Shown: piece after piece, positions 1 through 11,230 of the stretch
How positions within the stretch are numbered: the first letter of the stretch is position 1
How the letters are laid out: each line of letters begins with the position of its first letter
Assembly: GCA_013265495.1 (NCBI GenBank)
Contig: MU063601.1
Coordinates: 5,179,941 to 5,243,940, forward strand
Reading direction: 5' to 3'
Origin: Vicugna vicugna
Taxonomy: Eukaryota
DNA: 64,000 nucleotides
Notes under the pieces: generated by a model
The model's input: only the letters and a program-made list of their open reading frames with translations
What the model was told of the DNA's origin: nothing
The model's database searches: none
Program-made: the position numbers and the translations under genes

Positions 1-789
1 TGAAAGGAAAGATGTCATGTGTTTCCCCACCAAGTTCACGGGTCTCAAGACATGACTGCCCCTAGAGAGCTTTTGAAGTTGGATTCCCGATTCCAGAATG
101 CCTCTCAGTTCCCTAGGACAAAGAGGTTTGGGAAGAAGGTGGAGAGACATTTGATTTTCACGTAAAGTAGAGGATGGGGAGGAGCAAGAAGAGGATAATG
201 TTTAATCCAAAGAGCTGGCAGACTGATGGCAGAATTCCAGGCACTGAGATGGAGGTGTGAGAGGGCGAAGGGAGCTACTGGGGTGCCCCGGGCCCTGAGC
301 AATTCTCCACCTCCCCTCCTCTCCTCTCTTGCGATTCTCCCAGGCAAGAGAAGGGATATGAGTCCTCTCTGACAAACGGGGAAGCTGAGGCCTAATGACA
401 CACTGCGTGACTATGGGCAAGTCCCTTCCTGTCTCTGGGCCTTGGTTTCCCCACCTGACAAATATGGGTGATGGCCTTGAGGATGCCCGAGGGCCCGTCC
501 ACAGCTCCACCGAGGGCCAGCACCTTTATTCTGGACCTGCTGCATTAGGTCCTTCTCTGCATCCCCCAGGACGTCCTGCTTGCAGCAGGTCCCCCTCACA
601 GCACCCCCACAGGAAAAGCACTCTCCCCAGGACACTGAGGAGGGAGGGAACCAGAGGAAATGGGCTAAATTGCCCCAGGGAAGAATCAGGAGGCCCCCGG
701 GAGAGAGAGGTTTTTCTTTATTCAGTAATTCCACAAAAGCTTGTCAAGGAGCAGAGTTCCAAGACTCCAGCTGGGGCTCTGGCATCAGA

Positions 790-985
790 CTGTCCAGGCT
801 CAGGTCCTGACTCTGCCTTTAACTAACTGTGTAGCCTGGAGCAAGTTCCTTTACCTCTCTGTACCTCTGCTCCCCCATCTATAAAATGGGAATGATGATT
901 ACACTAACCTCACGGGGCTTTGGAGGGAATTAAGTGAGCAGGGTGCCGGGCACAGAGTAAGTGCTCAATAAATGTGCTCATTTTT
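790..985 (+). mobile_element. MIR SINE
   Basis: MIR core (ccccatctataaaatggga) and tail (ggcacagagtaagtgctcaataaatg). Confidence 0.75.
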
Positions 986-3289
986 AAAAATTACCGTAAG
1001 CCTGGAGCTCAGGTACAAGGGTGACTAGGTCAGGGTCTCTACCCTCGAAGAGGTCACAGTCTGGTGTAGAAAGAGATGAGTCAACCAAAAATTGCACTGG
1101 GGTATGATAAAAGTTCATCAGGTAACCAGGGGCTGGAAGATCAGCTGGGGGGGTTGAGAGGACAGTTCCCTGGAAGAGTGATGCTGATGCTGGGTCTTGC
1201 AGGGTGAGGAGGTGACACATGGGGAGAGGACATGGGCCAAGGTGTGGAGGCAAGAAAGGATGAGACAACGCAGGGCGCCTCCTGGGAGGGCTGGAGGGCA
1301 CGGTGCAGGGTGAGCTGCCAGAGGGGGACCAGGACAGGACCGTCTGGCCGGAGCTCTCTCACCTGTGGAGGGTGGGTAGTTGCTGGCAGCTGCTCCCCTG
1401 AGGACACCTGGGAGAAATGGGAAACAGCCTCTCAGGCAAGAGGCTGGCCTGTGTGGAGGCAGAGGGTGAACCAGATGGCCCTGGGCAGGTCTCACCGGGA
1501 TGGTCTGACTCAGAGCTCACTGGTCAGGGAGGGAGCTGCCCTGACCAGAGAGGTCACTCACTGCGTTCTTTGCTCAGCTCTGGGCAGTGGCCAAACATCG
1601 GGGACTCTCCTGAGTCCCAGGCACCCCAGGATGGTGGGTCACCCTGAGCAGGGCACCCTTGATGGCCTCCCCTCCCCCACAGCCCCAGGAGATGACGGGA
1701 CTGACCACCAGCCGTCCCACACCCACCATGGCGCTTGCCTGGCGCCACCTCTGCGGGGCCCCTTTGACGGCGGCTCCTGAGGCCGCCCTGCACACACCCG
1801 TCTCCTCAGACCACCCTGCCTGTCCAAAGTGCCCCCGGGGCTGGAAGGGCATTCCTGGGAGTCCCCCATCAGCCACAGGGTCTGGGCGGGCATGAGCTGG
1901 CCCCACACAGTGGGACTGTGTGTCCAGGCCTCACCCGCGCCCACTACGGCGGCCGGCGGCCCCCAGCAGCCCCACTGGTCACATAGAGAGCCCATTGACA
2001 CCTCGGCCTTGAGGTGGCTGCATCAAAGCTGAGCTTGCTCGGCCACCTGAGGGGGTGGGGGAGTGTCCACGAGAGGGGCGGCCAGGAGTCAGATGCCCCT
2101 GAGCAACAGGGCTTAAAAACCCGACCTTCCAGAAGGCTCTTCCAGGGGGCAGGGAGGCAGCAGCATGCCCTGACCCCAGCCTCACCTCTGAGCCAGTCTA
2201 GACTCCTCCGTGGGTGGAGAGACGGAGGCCTGGGCTCAGGGCTCCGGGGGGCAGCTGTAACACAAGCCCTGACTCCCATCTCCTGGGGACGCCTTGTTTA
2301 CAGACCCTTCCTCAAATCCCCCACACAGAGTGTGCCCCACTGGCAGCTGGGGAGTCTCACCCAAACTTCAAGACTGCACTCATACTCACTCTCTGCCAGG
2401 AGTCTTCCCTGGGACCACCTGCAGCCACCAGGGAGCCCTGGCCGCCTGGAGCTTCCAGGCCCCGGCAGCCACGGGACTCAGCCACTCATTCCCGCCTTAG
2501 CGCCAAGCAGCCTGCCTTCCGTGGAGGAAGTGAAAGAGAGGAGGGAGGGAGGAAAGGAGGGCTTTACCTCTCAGTGGGTTTGGAACCCCGGCCCACTAGC
2601 ACCTGCCTTGAACCAGCACCTCCTGCAGGAGGCCCCAGGACACAGCAGTGTTAGGAAAACGGGCCAGAGCAAGACCTGGTCCTGCCGTGGGACACCACAA
2701 GGAGCAGGAACAGTGAGTGAATTCAGGACAGTGTTGGAGCTGGCCGGTAGAGAGTGCCTCCGCCTTGTTTTATAGATGGGGAAACTGAGGTCCAAAGAGG
2801 TGTGTGGTCTTGTGTGAAGTTGAATTTCGTAGCAGGAACACTGACTTCTCTCAGCTACCCGGGGACCAGCCATCAGCCTCGTGCATGGTCTAGGAGTCAG
2901 ACCAGGTTTAAGCTGTTCAGTAGCCGGGTGACCTAACATGTTAGTTCAACTCTTTGAGTCTGTTTCCTCCTGTGTAAGACGGAGCTTCAGTGGTTGCAAG
3001 AGACAACGTGGCCCTGCCCTGAAGCCCCGCGAGCCACGCATGGTCTGTAGTGAGCGCTCACTCAGCACCACCAAGTCCTCCAGCCCCTCGGCTCTGCCTC
3101 TTGCCACTTGGCAGATGTTCACACATCTCACCCCACTGCTCCATCTCCAACACTGACCCCCTTGTGTTGCAGAGGTATGCATAGCAGAGACTGTAAAGGG
3201 ACTGCCAGACTCCTTGTCAATGGCTCCCAGGATTGGGGATGGAGAAGAGGGTGCTCTCTGGGAAAGAGGCAACATGAAATGCAGTTATG

Positions 3290-3500
3290 AGTCCAGGCTG
3301 CAGCCAGGCCCCGCCACTTCCTCACCGTGTGGCCTCAGATAAAGTGCCTCACCTCTCTGAGCTCAGTTTTTTCATCTGTAAAATGGGGGAGAAAACACAG
3401 TAGCTGCTTCAAGATTTGTTGGCTGAGATCATGTGTATTATGTGCTTAATACAAGGCTTGGTGCAGAGGCAAGGCCTCCATAAATGCTGGAAATTATTAC
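3290..3500 (+). mobile_element. MIR SINE
   Basis: ctcagttttttcatctgtaaaatggggg core. Confidence 0.7.
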
Positions 3501-5174
3501 TATTTCATGTTCCCGCTCCTCCTGGACAAAAGTCTGACTCTGAACAGGATGGGGCAGGTAATAAACCTGCCTCTCTCCTCTCAAGGCCCAGCCTAATGGC
3601 TGCCTCTTCTGGGGAGCCTTCCCAGGTCCCCCCTTCTCCCCTCCAGGCCTCAGGAGTGCCCTACCCCCACCCTCACCCACCCCAACCCCCCTCCTGTCCA
3701 GAATGGTGCTCCTGGGAGCAGGTGAGGTTTGGCGCTTCTTGCTAAGTGGATGGAGGAGAGGGAGGGTGAAAGGACCAACACTGACCCCTGAGAGGGTTCC
3801 AGCTTCTCCCTTCACTTCCCCCTTTGCTGTCTGGCTCATTCTTTGAAGTGCTTGCTGGTGGGAGCCCGAGCTCTCACGTCCAATCGGCACAGCCTTGCGA
3901 AGGTTTAGGTTCCTCTTTGGGGTTTTCTTTTGCGTCTGGGAAAAGTGTTTTTGGCAAAAGGTTCAGACTTACGTGTGGGCGGACAGGGCAGATGCCTATA
4001 ACTTATGATTCGTAGGGGTGACTGAAGTCAGCCCCCCCAGAACATCCTTCATTGTATGACACGGAGCCTGAAATTCCGTCGCAGCACTCTGCCCCTTGGG
4101 GGTCAAGTGTTGTCCAGCTGGGCTTTTCCAGAACAAGTGTCCCTCTTGTCATGCACACTTCAGTGTCAGTGAGTCCACTCTCTGCTCATCTTTGTTAAGA
4201 GGAGACTAGGGGCCGGGGTTCGAGCAAGCAGAAGGTGTTACAGGAAGGAAAACTTGGGGCACTCAAATGAAAGGAGGTGAAAGGAAAGGGGAGGGGGAGG
4301 AGAGGAGAGATTCATTTTAGTCACACCCTGCCCCAGCCTCAACTCACCCGAGTGCCCAGTGGCTAAAGACCAACACTCAAGAAGTGCCCCCACCCTGAGG
4401 GCTTCCCTTCCACCTTCCGTCCTTCCTCAGTGAACCTGACATCTGCCCTCGCCCCCCACCCATGGAGGAAGTCCTGCTGAAGGCCTACCCGCATCTCTGG
4501 GCTCCCTTGTATCACTGGGTGACGCCTCAGGGCCAGGATGGTTGGGGTAAGGAGCCCCATGTTCGGGGTGGTGGGGGCTCATGGTGTGAGCCTGGTTCTC
4601 CCCTCCAGAGCAGTCACATCCCTTCCCAGGGGCTGGAGGGGCATCGGTGGGAACGAGACCACCTTAGAGAAAAGACTGGGAGGAAAACGAAAATGTCGCA
4701 GTTGCTACTACATGATGCAATGATGGCGGGGAGTCTTTATTTCTAGTTCTCTTGGTGACTGTAGGCCTTCCAAACTTTTAAACACTGAACATGTATTACT
4801 CGTAGATTAGCGGGAGCACTCTTTTTAAAAAAAAAAAAAAAAGCAGGCCCACTCTCCCAGGAGCAGGTGAGCTGGGCCTCCCGTCAGCTGGTCTGCTCCT
4901 ACCCAGCCAAGGCGCCAATGGCCACCCTTCATCTTTCTGCCTCTTCCCAAGTCGCCGTGTCTGTCACCCTCCTCCGCAGCCCTCCCTCTCTGGCTGTGGA
5001 GCAAGGGTCTGCCTGGGCTGGGCAGAGCCGTGAATATAGCAGGTGCTTGGGAAATGCCTGTGACCTGCATTGTGGTCCCAATCTGAAGACAGTTTCCCTG
5101 CACAGGGAGGGTTTCCCTGGGTTCTCCCATTCCCAGTGCCCAGGATTTGGGATGTGATGTGGGCCAGCTGGTGC

Positions 5175-5300
5175 TGCTGATCATTCAATGGACGTTTACT
5201 GAGCATCAGCTGCAGGCCAAACACTGTTCTGGATACTGAGGATTCAGGAACGAACAAAACAGACAGAGGTGCCTGCCCTCCTGGAGCCGAAATCCTAGTG
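5175..5300 (-). mobile_element. L2 3' end
   Basis: cattcaatggacgtttactgagcatc...ctgccctcctggagc. Confidence 0.65.
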
Positions 5301-5589
5301 ATGTGTGGGAAGAACTGGCGTCAGGAAAATGCCCCAGGGAGAGAGGTTAGCACCCCTTATGCTGAGAGCTTATGCCCTTTCTATTGATGTAGAATCTCAG
5401 CCTTCTAGAACTTATGTAAACACACCCATTACTGCACCCATCACAGCTCTGTGTCCTGGACATCACCACCTCCACTGCAGACATGAATAAACAAACAGAT
5501 GCAGAGTGATGGGTGATGTGCCAAAACTAATATTTCAGAGGAGGAAGACACTGAGGAAGGGAGAAGGGAACCACATTTGTGGATGACCT

Positions 5590-5790
5590 TCTGTGTGTCA
5601 GGCACTGTGGTAGTTCCTTTGTGAACGTATCTCATTTCAGTTAATTAATTCATCTCTAATCCATGTAGTAGGTGTTATCGATATTATCCCCATGTTACAG
5701 TTGGGAAAACTGAGGTTCAGCTGAGGGAAGTAACCAAGGTCATATAGCTTGTAACTGGCGAAGCCCAAATTCATGGCAGAATCTGTCTGA
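5590..5790 (-). mobile_element. MIR SINE
   Basis: ccccatgttacagttgggaaaactgaggttcag...aaggtcatatagc. Confidence 0.7.
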
Positions 5791-6489
5791 TATCAAAGCC
5801 AGCCGAACAAAACTCTTCTTTCTACCTGGCAGACATCTCTTCTTTAAGGTCCAGGCTCACCACCTCCATGGGGCCCTCCCTGATTCCTCCAGCCCAGATG
5901 ACTCATACTCTCCCCTGTGCAACCAGAGTACCTTCAGACTCTTCTCAAAAACTTCCAGAAGGCTTCCTAAAAGGAGTAGAATCTGAGATAGGTAGATTTG
6001 GGCAGGAAAGAACATTGATGGTCCAGGCAGAAATAATGGCATGGGCAAAGGTAGGGAAGAAGGACCATGCAGGGAAGACTTCTTAGAGATGGGAGGGCTT
6101 GTGGGTCCTATGGCGATGTTGAGGGAGAAGAGGCTGGAAAGCAGGTGGGCCGGGCCTAGAGTTTGGGCATGGCCTCAAGGCAGTAGGGGTCCAGGCAGGA
6201 TCGAGCTGGGCAGTGATATAGGGCAGAGCATACTGTGATGCACTGGGCCGCTCTCTGAAATAGGCCAATGTAGACGTGCGCCTTGAGCTCATATAAGTGT
6301 GTGAACAGAGACCTCAGGGGCCCTCCCGCACCCTCCCGCGAGCCCTATTTTTATCACTCTCTAGACACACATCGGAGCAACCAAAGCAAACTTGTTCTCA
6401 GGCACGTAGAGTGCGCCATGGATCGGCATGTCTGTGGTCTGATGAGGACAAGTTGACGGTTCAGAGCCGTCAAAACAAGACGCAGGGAG

Positions 6490-6665
6490 AATCCCAGGAC
6501 GAGTGCTGGCAACACAATTTGCAGGGCACAGTGCAAAAGGAAAATGCAGAGCCCCTTGTTCAAAAGTCATTAAGAATTTCAGGAAGGCAACCGTAGAACA
6601 TGAAACCCAGTGTTCAGCTCTTCTAAGCAAGGGACCTTTGTGACTGTGTGGCCTTCGCGCCAGTG
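6490..6665 (-). mobile_element. MER45A-like hAT-Tip100 element
   Basis: cagtgcaaaaggaaaatgcagagccccttgttcaaaa...agaatttcagg; similar to the copy at 20565-20720. Confidence 0.65.
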
Positions 6666-7164
6666 AAGTCGGCCCTACCTAGAACAGCCTGAGGCTGGAG
6701 GGGCCCTGGGCCTGAAAATAAACCTCTGTCTGCCTTTCATTCTTCTGGGCTTCATTCCTTTGACTTGTGCAGGCCTCCATTCTTCATGAGCCCATGATTT
6801 AAAAAATAGTAATAATAAATGTAGTCTTGGGTGGGAATATACTTTGAAGCTTTTAGAACCAGCAAGAACATGAAGGAAAACATGAATCCGCCCAGCATCC
6901 CCACCCCACCTGCATTTTAGGTTGTAGCTCACCTGAAGGACCTAGGAAATTTAAAAATAAATTCTGTAATCTCAAGACCCAGAGAAAACTGCTATCATTT
7001 AGTGTATTTCCTGCTAGGCTTTTTTTTCCCTGAGTCTGGTTTTTGCCTCTAGAAGGTCTCTTCCATCTATGGGTGAGGCCGCACAGACTTATGACATACC
7101 CAGTAACCTCACTGAGAATGTTAATCATCGTTATGCATCTATGTTGGGATATGTCGTGGAAGAG

Positions 7165-7385
7165 TCCAGAGCAATGCAGTCCAGTCGGACTCTGTGACGG
7201 TGAAAATGTTGTCTGCACTGCCTGATACTGTAGCCTCTCACTGCATGTGAATATTGAGCACTTAAAATGCACCCGCCAGGTCCACACTAGTGGGACTGAG
7301 GGACTGAATTTGTAATATTTTATTTTAATTATTTTAATTTAAATAGCCACATGTGGCTAATGGCTACCTTGCTGGACCATCCAGC
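7165..7385. mobile_element. MER3-like hAT-Charlie element
   Basis: attgagcacttaaaatg...gactgaggg actgaattt...atttaaatagccacatgtggctaatggctacc motifs. Confidence 0.7.
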
Positions 7386-7659
7386 TCTAGAAGAGTGTAT
7401 GCCCGACTGCTAGCCCGGGTTATCTCTTGAGGTGAGAGTATGGAGTTTTTCATTTTCCAAATCAAAATGTTTGAAAAATCTTATACACAATAGTCACAGA
7501 TTGCTTTCGTAAGCAGAAGAAAGCTATGAAAGATTTTAAGTAGTATATTCAATGCTATAGGGAAAACAAAACTTTAGATTTTTAAAAGCATGTCACCAAG
7601 GAAGACTGATCTGGGCAGAATGAGATCTATTTTTATTTTCGCTATCAATGTTCAGGAGA

Positions 7660-7850
7660 AAGACTGTGGGGTTTAGAATCAGAAGCTGTGGGTTTGCCTC
7701 CTGTATCTGCCTCTTACTAGCTGTGTGGCCACTGAACCTCTGTGAACCTCAATTTCCTCATCTGTAAGATGGGAATATTGATGCTGCTGACCTCCCCGGG
7801 ATGCTGTAGGGACTGAAATCAGACAATGGCTATGAGAACGGAGGGGACCA
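7660..7850 (+). mobile_element. MIR SINE
   Basis: cctcaatttcctcatctgtaagatggg core. Confidence 0.7.
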
Positions 7851-8381
7851 GCTGAGCTGTGGAAGCGAGTTACTGGAGGTATTTTCTGTAGAGATGGAAA
7901 CTCTCATCTCTGTGAGGAATCTGCTCACAGCTCTCACTCCTGTCTGCCCATTCCTAGAAACCAGGAAATGAGGAAGACATCTCCCAGCGTGTGTTCAGCA
8001 GATGTCATCAGGTGTTGAGCAGAAAGGCAGGGGACTCTGTGACCAAATAAGATTGAGAATGAGTGTATCAAACAATGTTCACTACAGGGTTTTGCTGCAG
8101 GACTTTTCAGAGCTTTTGATATGCTAACGAACACTGGGTTCTCGAAGGGGCTGATGTGCTGAGAGCCCACATTGGGAAAAGCTGCTTTGGAGAGAGCTGT
8201 TAAATCCACCGTGGCTACAAGTGCTGTGGGAGCAGAGAGTTATCTTTCCAAGGACTTAAGAAATTGTGTGAGACTTGAAAGGGAAATTTGCTGAGTCCTA
8301 AATACAAAAGGAAAAGTGCAAAATTGAAGCTAATAAATGCATCCTTGTCTAGAAAATATCAATTATGATAACTCAACTCTT

Positions 8382-8503
8382 TTTTTCAATAGGACCTGAT
8401 TTTTTAATTTTTAATTTTTTTAACCTTTTTTATTGAATTATAGTCAGTTTACAATGTTGTGTCAAATTTCAGTGTAGAGCACAATTTTTCAGTTATACAT
8501 GAA
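8382..8503 (-). mobile_element. Short 5'-truncated young L1 3' end
   Basis: Reverse complement reads ttcatgtataactgaaaaattgtgctctacactg...actataattcaataaaaaa plus an A-rich tail, the same family as 23485-23735. 9-bp direct repeat tcaactctt at 8373-8381 and 8504-8512. Confidence 0.8.
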
Positions 8504-8519
8504 TCAACTCTTAAATAGT

Positions 8520-8750
8520 CATATTAGCAGTAAACACTTACATAGCTCTTACCACATGCCAGGCACTAAGTGCTTCACATAGCTTTGCACATTTAATCCT
8601 CACAAGCCTACAAAATAAATGCTATTATTAAGCCTGTTTCATCGATGAGAAAACAGAAGCCCAGAGAGGTTAAACCACCTGCCCAAGATCATCCAGCCAC
8701 TCAGTGAGATTGAGACCTGCATCCAGGGCCTTGCACCTCACCACAGCACA
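8520..8750 (-). mobile_element. MIR SINE
   Basis: catgccaggcactaagtgct...gatgagaaaacagaagcccagagaggttaa. Confidence 0.75.
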
Positions 8751-9479
8751 GTGGCTGAGAGTTAATCAAAATTTTCCCAGATCAAGGAACATCCCTTGGT
8801 TTCCACTGGCCTCCTTCCTGGGAAGAGATGGGGGCACTTCCACAAGCCTGGCCAATCAGAATCAGCTCTGTCACTTTTTTGCTGAGTTGAGTTATTGCCT
8901 TTTCTGGGCTTTAGTTTCCTCATCTAAGAAGTGGGCCAGTAATCATTTGAGGACCAAGAAGGGGGCGGTTTGTAAAACACAGTGCACAGTCTAATTAGAA
9001 GGTGGTCCTCTCCTTCACCAGTGCATAGTTCAGGAAACTGAGGCATGGAGCAATGGGAACAGGGGGAGAGGTAGAGGGGAAGCTGAGCCAAAGTTGAGCT
9101 CAGAAAGTACTCCAGGAGCCAGGCCAAAATCCTGTGGCTGGCCCAGGTCCACACATGGCACAAGCAAAGGGCTCCCTTCTCATTTGGCAGGGCCCCTGCT
9201 ATCCTTCTCATAACAGCACTTTGGTGGAGGCCTCTCCCTCTGGGATCCTCTCCCTGAGCCTCCTAGCTCTCTTAGGGGTCCCTCCCATCTAGTGCAGGTT
9301 CCGTTTAATCCAGCACCTGCCCAAAGCCTACTGCCTGGGCATCCTGCAGAAGTCCTCTGGAATTCTCCTCTTGGGTCCCCTGTGTGGGGTGAGGGGCACA
9401 CAGACATGCCTTTGCCCCTGTTCATGGACCCCCTAGCTTGCCACAGGTATGCTCCTCTGCCCTGAGTCATCTCTGAAAT

Positions 9480-9665
9480 TGACTGTGTGCCAGTACGGGG
9501 CTCGACACTTCATAGAACCACCACTAATTCTCACAACCCCACAAACTCGGTATTTTTCTCCCTATTTTGCAGAGGAATAAACTGAGGCCCAGAGAAGTAA
9601 AGCCACTTGCCTAAGTTCACACAGTGTATAGGTTATAGAGGTGGGGTTCGAACCCAGGCTCTGCT
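9480..9665 (-). mobile_element. MIR SINE
   Basis: ttttgcagaggaataaactgaggcccagagaagtaaagccacttgcc. Confidence 0.7.
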
Positions 9666-11039
9666 CACCACCACCACGGAGTCCCCCATGGGCGCAGCCC
9701 AGTGCACAAAAGGCAGCTCTTGAGTACACATGCTCAACTACACACCCCATGCTCCCTCTGCACCCCTGCATGTCAAGGGCTTTGCTACTGGGGTGGAAGT
9801 TGGGTGACTGGGCCTCCTGTCTGAGCTGGGTCCCTCCCTCAGAAAGGTCCATCTTCACAGGCTGTAACCCATGGGGTGGAGCAGGGCTCCAAGCTTGGAA
9901 GAGACCCCTGCGCTTAGGTTTAAGGCTCTGCGGTTGCCTTTTGCCATTCTTAAGAACTTTATCTTTGGACTGGTGCTTTATAAGCGAAGTCCAAGTCCGA
10001 TGGGACAGTGGAGCATGTGCAGGGCCTTGGAGCTTGGGCTCTGTCCTGCTTCACCATGGGGAGTGGGCTCTGGGCATGAGTGGGGAGGACAGGTGCACAT
10101 GACTCAGACATAAGTTTTCGGGTGGGGACCTGGGTGTCTGTGAGGGTTGCACTCACCCTACAAGTATCTCCATGTCCAAGGAAGTGCCTGGAAGAAAGCA
10201 AAAGACTTTTTTCCTGCTTTTTGAATAGGGGCCTTGTATTTTCATTTTGCACCAGGTGCCACAAATGAAGTAACTGGCCCTGCCTGAGAACTGAGGGGAA
10301 CATTGAAGGGACCCCAAAGATACAGCGCAGGTTGAGAGGGAGCCCAGATCAAACCAGCGGTGCTGCTTTTTCCTACGTGAGAGGAGGGAGCGATAGCTCC
10401 TAAAGTCTCCTGGGGTATCCCGGGCCTTGTCAGGAAGAAAAGGCCCTGTTCAAAGGCTTGGGGACATGGAAGCCCCCTCATCAGTGGCTGCCCTGAACTC
10501 AGCAAGGCTACCTGGGGCTGCTGAGTGGGTGTGCTCCAGCTCAGACTCCTGGGTGGCCCCATGGTCTGCATGGAGGCTCACTCTTTGGCGAAGACAAGAG
10601 AGGAGCTGGGCTTCTCTGCCCCCCTAATGGGGCAGGCCCCAGGCCTACACCCAGCCCCCTGCCCCAAGGAGGCTTGGCACAGAGCGGTGGACCTGGGGGT
10701 GTGGGTGGGCTTCTGATGGCCTTCCCACCCAAGGAGACAATGGACAGATGAGGAGGCACCTGACCTTGGATTTTGGGCACATCATGGCCAAAGAAATGCT
10801 CATAGAGGCCCCTGCTGATCAGGGGAGGCAGGACCACAGCTTAGTCAGTGACAACCTGGACAGGGATCAAGGTGTGGTCAGGGTTAGGGCTGTTTGTGGC
10901 CATCTGGGGGCTCCAATTAGGGCCTTGTCTGTCTTGTTCAGGGCCAAGTCCCCAATGCTGAGCTAGATCTGACTCCTAGGAGGTGCTCAGCAAATACCAC
11001 CGGAGGAATGAATAATCGAACAGTTTGCCCAGGGGAGCG

Positions 11040-11230
11040 GAGACTTGGGCCCTGGGAGAATCTGCAGTTTCACACTAGCCAGACCTGGGTTCAAATCTTA
11101 GCTCTGCTGCTTACTCCCTGAGGGAAATATTTACCCTTCCTTTCACTCAGTTTCCTCACCTGCACAAGGGGGAGAATACAGTACAGAGAATTATCTAAGG
11201 CGATATTTAAAGTGTGCCCTCTGTGAAATG
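11040..11230 (+). mobile_element. MIR SINE
   Basis: ccagacctgggttcaaatcttagctctg...ctcagtttcctcacctg. Confidence 0.7.

Noticed and set aside
2014-2775. 253-aa ORF in intron 1
   Set aside because: Composition typical of non-coding GC-rich DNA; its end overlaps a MIR; no domain.
4822-4842. T5-A16 tract as the tail of a processed pseudogene or SINE
   Set aside because: No recognisable element body or TSD next to it.
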